Part shown: piece after piece, positions 25,479-30,150 of the stretch
How positions within the stretch are numbered: the stretch's first letter is position 1
Layout: every line of letters starts with the position of its first letter
Source: Verrucomicrobiota bacterium
GTDB lineage: Bacteria > Verrucomicrobiota > Kiritimatiellia > JAAZAB01
DNA: 30,150 bases
Direction of reading: 5' to 3'
Assembly: GCA_043825055.1 (NCBI GenBank)
Contig: JBDRSI010000224.1
Span: 1 to 30,150 of the forward strand
The notes under the pieces: model-generated
Database searches by the model: none
What the model was told of the DNA's origin: nothing
Seen by the model: the letters and a program-made list of their open reading frames with translations, nothing else
Position numbers and translations under genes: made by a program

Positions 25479-25561
25479 GATGAGATGGTTTTTCCGTTGG
25501 CTCCGCCCGGCATAACGCAAAAACCGGAAGGAGCAATACCAGTTTTAATCGGATATGGCAA

Positions 25562-25580
25562 GTTTTTTACGGTAAAAAAC
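25562..25580. promoter_or_regulatory. Perfect operator-like palindrome GTTTTTTAC-G-GTAAAAAAC in the divergent ackA/tkt spacer
   Basis: 9-bp inverted repeat with a 1-nt centre, ~85 nt upstream of the ackA start. Confidence 0.4.
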
Positions 25581-25603
25581 GGCAATTCTAATTATGGCCG
25601 TCT

Positions 25604-25665
25604 GTAGGGCCTGACCTTGTGTCAGGCCATTCTCCGGCATGGCGGCGAGCAAGCTCGCGCCCTAC
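25604..25665. repeat. GTAG-type REP doublet
   Basis: GTAGGGC...GCCCTAC termini with two internal hairpins, GGCCTGAC-CTTGT-GTCAGGCC and GCGAGC-AA-GCTCGC. Confidence 0.8.
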
Positions 25666-25708
25666 GAAAGCAAGCAGAACTCATTAGAATTGCTGGGCAA
25701 AATCTGCA

Positions 25709-25736
25709 TTGCATTTTTTGAGCTGGTCTTTATGAT
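25709..25736 (+). promoter_or_regulatory. Candidate sigma70 promoter for tkt
   Basis: TTGCAT-16 nt-TATGAT, 45 nt upstream of the ATG; RBS GGAGG. Confidence 0.45.
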
Positions 25737-25781
25737 AACAGTGCTTTAGTAACGAACCTATCAATTATCGGAGGAAACGGA

Positions 25782-27785
25782 ATGAACCTGCTTCTGGTTG
25801 CCAATACGATTCGCGGTCTGGCCATGGATGGAGTGCAGAAGGCCAATAGCGGCCACCCGGGCATGCCCATGGGCACAGCCGATTTTGCCGCGGTCCTGTT
25901 CCTTAAGCACCTGAAATACTATGCCGCCAACCCGGCCTGGGCCGATCGCGACCGCTTCATCCTCTCCCCGGGGCACGGCTGTATGCTCCTCTATAGCCTC
26001 TTGTACCTGGCCGGTTATGACCTTAAACTTGAAGAGCTAAAGCTGTTCCGCCAGTGGGGCAGTCGCACGCCGGGCCACCCGGAACATGGGATGACCCCGG
26101 GCGTCGAAACCAGCACCGGCCCCCTGGGCCAGGGTTGCGGTAACGCGGTGGGCATGGCCCTGGCGGAAGCCATGCTGGCCGAGCGTTTCAACATGCCCGG
26201 CGAAACGATCATGGATCACTATACCTACGGCATCTGCAGTGATGGCGACCTCATGGAAGGCATTTCCCACGAGGCGTTTTCCTTAGCGGGCCACCTGGGG
26301 CTCCATAAGCTCATATTTTTCTACGATAGCAACCGGATCACGATCGAGGGCGCCACCGACCTGGCCTATAGCGACGATGTCTGCAAGCGCTTCGAGGGCT
26401 ATCATTGGAACGTGTTGGAAGTGGATGGCCATGATATTGTCGCCTTGGACCAGGTCCTTACCAAGGCCCGGAGCGAAACTCAGCGGCCGACGCTCATCAT
26501 CGGTCACACCACGATCGGCAAGGGTAGTCCGCACATGGCTGGAACCTCCGAATCGCACGGCGCCCCCTTGGGGGCTGAGGAAGTCAAGGCCACCAAGAAG
26601 GCTTTGGGTCTGCCGGAAGATCAGGACTTTTTTGTGCCGGATGAAGTGCGCGCACTCTTCGCGGCGCGCTCTCGCGACCTGCAGGCCCTTGAGGCCCGGT
26701 GGCAGGCCGCCTTCCAGCAATATCGCGCCAAGCACCCGGACAAAGCCGCCGCTTGGGACGCCGCCCAGACTCTCGCGCTCCCGGTGGATCTGGAAAAGAG
26801 TCTGCCGGTATTCGATCCGGCCAAGCCCTTGGCCACGCGTAACGCGTCCCACACGGTGATTCAAAAGCTTGCCAAGGCCGTGCCGTATCTTGTGGGCGGC
26901 TCAGCCGACCTGGCGCCCAGCACCCGCACGATCATGGATGGCGAGGGCGACATCAAGCCGCACTCGTTCTGTGGCCGTAATTTCCATTTTGGTATTCGCG
27001 AGCACGCCATGGGCGCGGTTCTGAACGGCTTGGCCCTGCACGGCGGTTTCCGTGCCTATGGAGCCACCTTCTTCGTGTTCTCGGATTATTTCCGGCCCTC
27101 GATCCGTCTGGCCTGTATCATGAAATTGCCCGTGATTTATGTCCTGACCCACGACAGTTTTTACGTGGGCGAAGATGGGCCGTCGCACGAGCCGGTGGAA
27201 CACACCATGGCGCTGCGGATCCTGCCGAATATGACGGTCATTCGGCCGGCCGATCCGACCGAGACCGGCGCCGCTTGGATCGCCGCGCTGAAAAACACGG
27301 AAGGCCCCACTGCCATCCTGCTGACCCGCCAGAATCTGCCGGTGCTTGACCGTACGCAGTTCCCGAAAGCGAACAAACTGGAGCAGGGTGCCTATGTGCT
27401 TTGGCAGAGCGCTTCGGGCCGGCCGCAGATCATTCTGATTGCCACGGGCTCCGAAGTGCCGCTGGCGCTGGACGCTGCCCGCGAGATAGCGAAGGACGGC
27501 GCTAAAGTCAGGGTGGTGAGCATGCCGTCCTGGGAGCTGTTCGAGAAACAGTCTGACAAGGTCAAGAAGGCCGTTCTGCCGCCATATTGCCGTTGTCGTC
27601 TGGCCATCGAGGCGGGCATGACGATGGGTTGGGAAAAATACGTGGGCTCCAAAGGCCGCATATTCGGGCTCAACCATTTCGGGGCTTCGGCGCCCTACAA
27701 GGTGCTGGCGAAGGAATACGGCTTTACCACCGAAAACATTGCCCGCATAGCCCGCGAGATGGTGGAGGGGAAGAAAGCCAAATAA
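25782..27785 (+). CDS. tkt: Transketolase
   Basis: SGHPGMPMG, RDRFILSPGHG, STGPLGQG, TPP motif SDGDLMEG, GIREHAM and THDSFYVGEDGPSHEPVE. Confidence 0.98.
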   Translation: MNLLLVANTIRGLAMDGVQKANSGHPGMPMGTADFAAVLFLKHLKYYAANPAWADRDRFILSPGHGCMLLYSLLYLAGYDLKLEELKLFRQWGSRTPGHPEHGMTPGVETSTGPLGQGCGNAVGMALAEAMLAERFNMPGETIMDHYTYGICSDGDLMEGISHEAFSLAGHLGLHKLIFFYDSNRITIEGATDLAYSDDVCKRFEGYHWNVLEVDGHDIVALDQVLTKARSETQRPTLIIGHTTIGKGSPHMAGTSESHGAPLGAEEVKATKKALGLPEDQDFFVPDEVRALFAARSRDLQALEARWQAAFQQYRAKHPDKAAAWDAAQTLALPVDLEKSLPVFDPAKPLATRNASHTVIQKLAKAVPYLVGGSADLAPSTRTIMDGEGDIKPHSFCGRNFHFGIREHAMGAVLNGLALHGGFRAYGATFFVFSDYFRPSIRLACIMKLPVIYVLTHDSFYVGEDGPSHEPVEHTMALRILPNMTVIRPADPTETGAAWIAALKNTEGPTAILLTRQNLPVLDRTQFPKANKLEQGAYVLWQSASGRPQIILIATGSEVPLALDAAREIAKDGAKVRVVSMPSWELFEKQSDKVKKAVLPPYCRCRLAIEAGMTMGWEKYVGSKGRIFGLNHFGASAPYKVLAKEYGFTTENIARIAREMVEGKKAK

Positions 27786-27806
27786 CATGCCGGCAAAACC
27801 AAATCG

Positions 27807-27880
27807 TTAACTGCGGATTTCACGGATGGGCGCGGATAGAAATCAAAAAACATCCGCGTAATTAGTGTCATCCGCGGTAA
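27807..27880. repeat. Inverted-repeat element with ~9-nt periodic (C)GCGGAT/CACGGAT arms between tkt and murA
   Basis: Left arm TTAACTGCGGATTTCACGGATGGGCGCGGAT (27807-27837); right arm ATCCGCGTAATTAGTGTCATCCGCGGTAA (27852-27880). Imperfect. Confidence 0.7.
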
Positions 27881-27900
27881 AAAAATGTTTCATTCCTATC

Positions 27901-29175
27901 ATGGCACGATTCATCATCAATGGTCGGCGCAAGATCGGCGGCGTGTTCCAGCCGGCGGGCAATAAGAATGCCGTCCTGCCCATGCTGGCGGCCTGTCTGC
28001 TGACCGATGAAGAGCTCGAATTGCGCAATGTGCCTCGCATCGAGGATGTCGCCACCATGCTGGCCATCCTGGCCGAACTGGGGGTCGGCGTGAACCAGAA
28101 GGAGCGCACCGTTCGTCTATGCGCCCGAGGCATCCGCAAGCGCCGTCTCAGCCGTGAACTCTGTCATAAGGTGCGATCTTCCATTTTATTTGCCGGACCC
28201 ATGGTCGCGCGTCATGGCCGTGCTGTGATCTATCCGCCGGGTGGGGACGTCATTGGCCGGCGGCGGCTGGATACGCATCTGTTGGGCTTGCGCGCGCTGG
28301 GGATTGAGATTACCGGCGGCGAACATTTCACCTTCCGGCGGCAGACCCTGCGCGGGGCCGATATTCTGCTTGATGAGGCCAGCGTCACGGCGACCGAAAA
28401 CATACTGATGGCCGCCGTATTGGCGCCGGGCGCGACCACCCTGTTTAATGCGGCCTGCGAGCCGCACGTTCAAGACCTGGGATGCCTGCTTATGAAAATG
28501 GGCGCGCGGATTACCGGGCTGGGCACCAACTTTCTTCGCGTGGAAGGCGTGGATAGCTTGCACGGGGCCGTTCACGATGTCGCGCCGGACCACATTGAAA
28601 TTGGCAGTTTTCTCGCGGCCGCGGCGGTCACGGACGGTGACCTGACAATTACCCCCGTTTCTCGGCATGATATGGCCCCGATTTTGCATCCGTTTCAGAC
28701 GCTGGGCATGGCCTTGACGCTCGACGAGGACGGTCTAAAGCTTGTATCGCGGCGACGGCCGCGCGTGCGTTCCGAGCTGGGACTGGCCGTGCCGAAAATC
28801 GAGGATGGGCCCTGGCCGAATTTTCCGTCCGATCTCATGAGCGTGGCGATTGTGGCCGGTACGCAGGCGCAGGGCACGGTGTTGTTCTTTGAAAAAATGT
28901 TTGAAAGCCGCATGTATTTCGTGGACCGGCTCATCGACATGGGCGCGCGGCTGGTGCAGTGCGACCCGCACCGCGTGGTGGTGATCGGGCCTGCGAGCCT
29001 GCATGCCATTCCAGTTTTCAGCCCCGACATCCGCGCCGGCATGGCGCTCCTGATTGCCGCGCTCTGCGCCAAGGGCACGAGTGTTATCAACAATGCCGAA
29101 GTGATTGACCGCGGCTACGAGCGCGTGGAGGAACGCCTGCGCGCGCTGGGCGCCGATATTGTGCGCGAGACATGA
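27901..29175 (+). CDS. murA: UDP-N-acetylglucosamine 1-carboxyvinyltransferase (Asp at the catalytic-loop Cys position)
   Basis: GNKNAVLP, PPGGDVIGRRRLDTH, ASVTATEN, NAACEPHV, FEKMFESR and DIRAGMAL..RGYE. Start MARFIING at 27901. Confidence 0.95.
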   Translation: MARFIINGRRKIGGVFQPAGNKNAVLPMLAACLLTDEELELRNVPRIEDVATMLAILAELGVGVNQKERTVRLCARGIRKRRLSRELCHKVRSSILFAGPMVARHGRAVIYPPGGDVIGRRRLDTHLLGLRALGIEITGGEHFTFRRQTLRGADILLDEASVTATENILMAAVLAPGATTLFNAACEPHVQDLGCLLMKMGARITGLGTNFLRVEGVDSLHGAVHDVAPDHIEIGSFLAAAAVTDGDLTITPVSRHDMAPILHPFQTLGMALTLDEDGLKLVSRRRPRVRSELGLAVPKIEDGPWPNFPSDLMSVAIVAGTQAQGTVLFFEKMFESRMYFVDRLIDMGARLVQCDPHRVVVIGPASLHAIPVFSPDIRAGMALLIAALCAKGTSVINNAEVIDRGYERVEERLRALGADIVRET

Positions 29176-29272
29176 GGTGAAAATCCAATTTGGTCGTCGT
29201 TGAAAAGTCGCTTGGAAACTCACAATTTAGGAGCGCTAATATGGATGCTGAAAAAAAACAGTCTCTAATAAA

Positions 29273-30031
29273 GTGCAGTCTTATCTACATCTGATACAAA
29301 AACTATCTATGTTGTTATATAATACAAGACTATATTACGGTCTTAATAATCCCCTGGTAATGAAAGAATCATCAGAAGTCCTTTCGGAAATCGAAAAGCT
29401 TACATCAAAGAAAGATGCTTTGACATTTTCCGTTCTGGGAAATACTATGTTTTTAAATGGTGAAAAGCTTGAAATACGCGATGGGCTCTCAAAACAGTTC
29501 ATGCTTAATCTTGCGAAGCTGAGTCTGGGCGCGCTTGACTTGAGGCCTGGTTTGACGGCTGATGAATTAAGCGTTTTAATGTTGTTGCTAATAAATAATG
29601 CTAATTTAAAAGGCAAGCCGGAAATTAAAAAATACCTGGATGAACATGATGTAAAACATATCACCCCGCATCTTGCCACCTATCAGCTGGTGCAGGAGAA
29701 TGAACAGGTTGTAAAAGAAGGCAGCGTGATAAATGTGGACAAGTTGTCTTCCAAAGTAATTAAAGATTATGCATCCGATTTAAAACATGCTTCTACAAAT
29801 AACAAACCACCTTCTGGATCCGCTGACGAAATTGGTAAATTCTTATATAACTTGCAGCACAATGTGGCCGAAGACCAAACCACTAAAAATACAAGTCAAT
29901 TATCGCCTGTAATTATTAAGCCCGCGGAGGAGGGTGCAATTCTTTGCCCTGATTTAAAGGGTGCGGCGCTTAAATCAGGGGCGCAAGATAGCCGGCCATC
30001 TCTTGAAGTCGCCGCGTTTTTTGAACAATGA
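29273..30031 (+). CDS. AT-rich hypothetical protein; the true start may be ATG 29241 via a frameshift in the A8 tract
   Basis: 252-aa ORF with a marked compositional shift: 15/60 and 18/60 GC in lines 29281 and 29581 versus 40/60 in murA line 28381. The only good RBS (AGGAG) precedes the out-of-frame ATG at 29241. Confidence 0.7.
   Translation: MQSYLHLIQKLSMLLYNTRLYYGLNNPLVMKESSEVLSEIEKLTSKKDALTFSVLGNTMFLNGEKLEIRDGLSKQFMLNLAKLSLGALDLRPGLTADELSVLMLLLINNANLKGKPEIKKYLDEHDVKHITPHLATYQLVQENEQVVKEGSVINVDKLSSKVIKDYASDLKHASTNNKPPSGSADEIGKFLYNLQHNVAEDQTTKNTSQLSPVIIKPAEEGAILCPDLKGAALKSGAQDSRPSLEVAAFFEQ
29947..29980. repeat. Hairpin CCCTGATTTAA-12 nt-TTAAATCAGGG inside the 3' end of the AT-rich ORF
   Basis: Perfect 11-bp inverted repeat within a locally GC-richer patch. 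Confidence 0.7.
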
Positions 30032-30150
30032 CACCAGTTTAGAAACAATTATACTACACGAACTTTGCCAACATCATTCCTGATTGTTAATTTCCTCGTT
30101 TTCTCATCGTTTGTCAATCCCGATCGCTTTTAGCGCAACACCGCTATCTC

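Noticed and set aside
11934-28689. Numerous long alternative-frame and antisense ORFs (e.g. 13982-14857, 15007-15864, 18972-19763, 26901-27788)
   Set aside because: They overlap well-supported genes, have no recognisable motifs, and are expected shadows in GC-rich coding DNA.
1-30150. tRNA, rRNA, transposase, integrase or defence genes
   Set aside because: No cloverleaf or T-loop signature, rRNA-like tract, or DDE/tyrosine-recombinase ORF was recognised by eye.

Overview
A GC-rich anaerobic bacterial chromosome segment dominated by central energy metabolism. A PVC-group organism (Kiritimatiellota/Lentisphaerota-like) is inferred from the A|FTLVE prepilin-type gene, the URO-D-family protein and the V-type ATPase; this is not proven. 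In order: the 3' end of a V/A-type ATPase operon (atpI, atpK with a Na+-type ligand set), dCMP deaminase, rnk, a hypothetical gene, an unknown 3-gene envelope operon with its own promoter (membrane-anchored heptad-repeat coiled coil, exported Ig-like protein, small membrane protein), a URO-D-family protein, GH4 alpha-galactosidase, nfnAB, a complete rnfABCDGE, a CE7 esterase, ppdK, a pseudopilin, queA, pta-ackA, tkt, murA (Cys-to-Asp variant) and an AT-rich foreign-looking gene with a possible frameshift in an A8 tract. The strongest unexplained signal is non-coding. Many intergenic spacers hold short palindromic or periodic inverted-repeat elements of several different families. These are nested inside one another (clearest inside the rnf operon), some supply the stop codons of housekeeping genes, and four of them are preceded by the same ATG(C/T)ATAGGAA(A/T)TT motif. 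No tRNA, rRNA, CRISPR array or transposase was recognised. All alignments and counts were made by eye.
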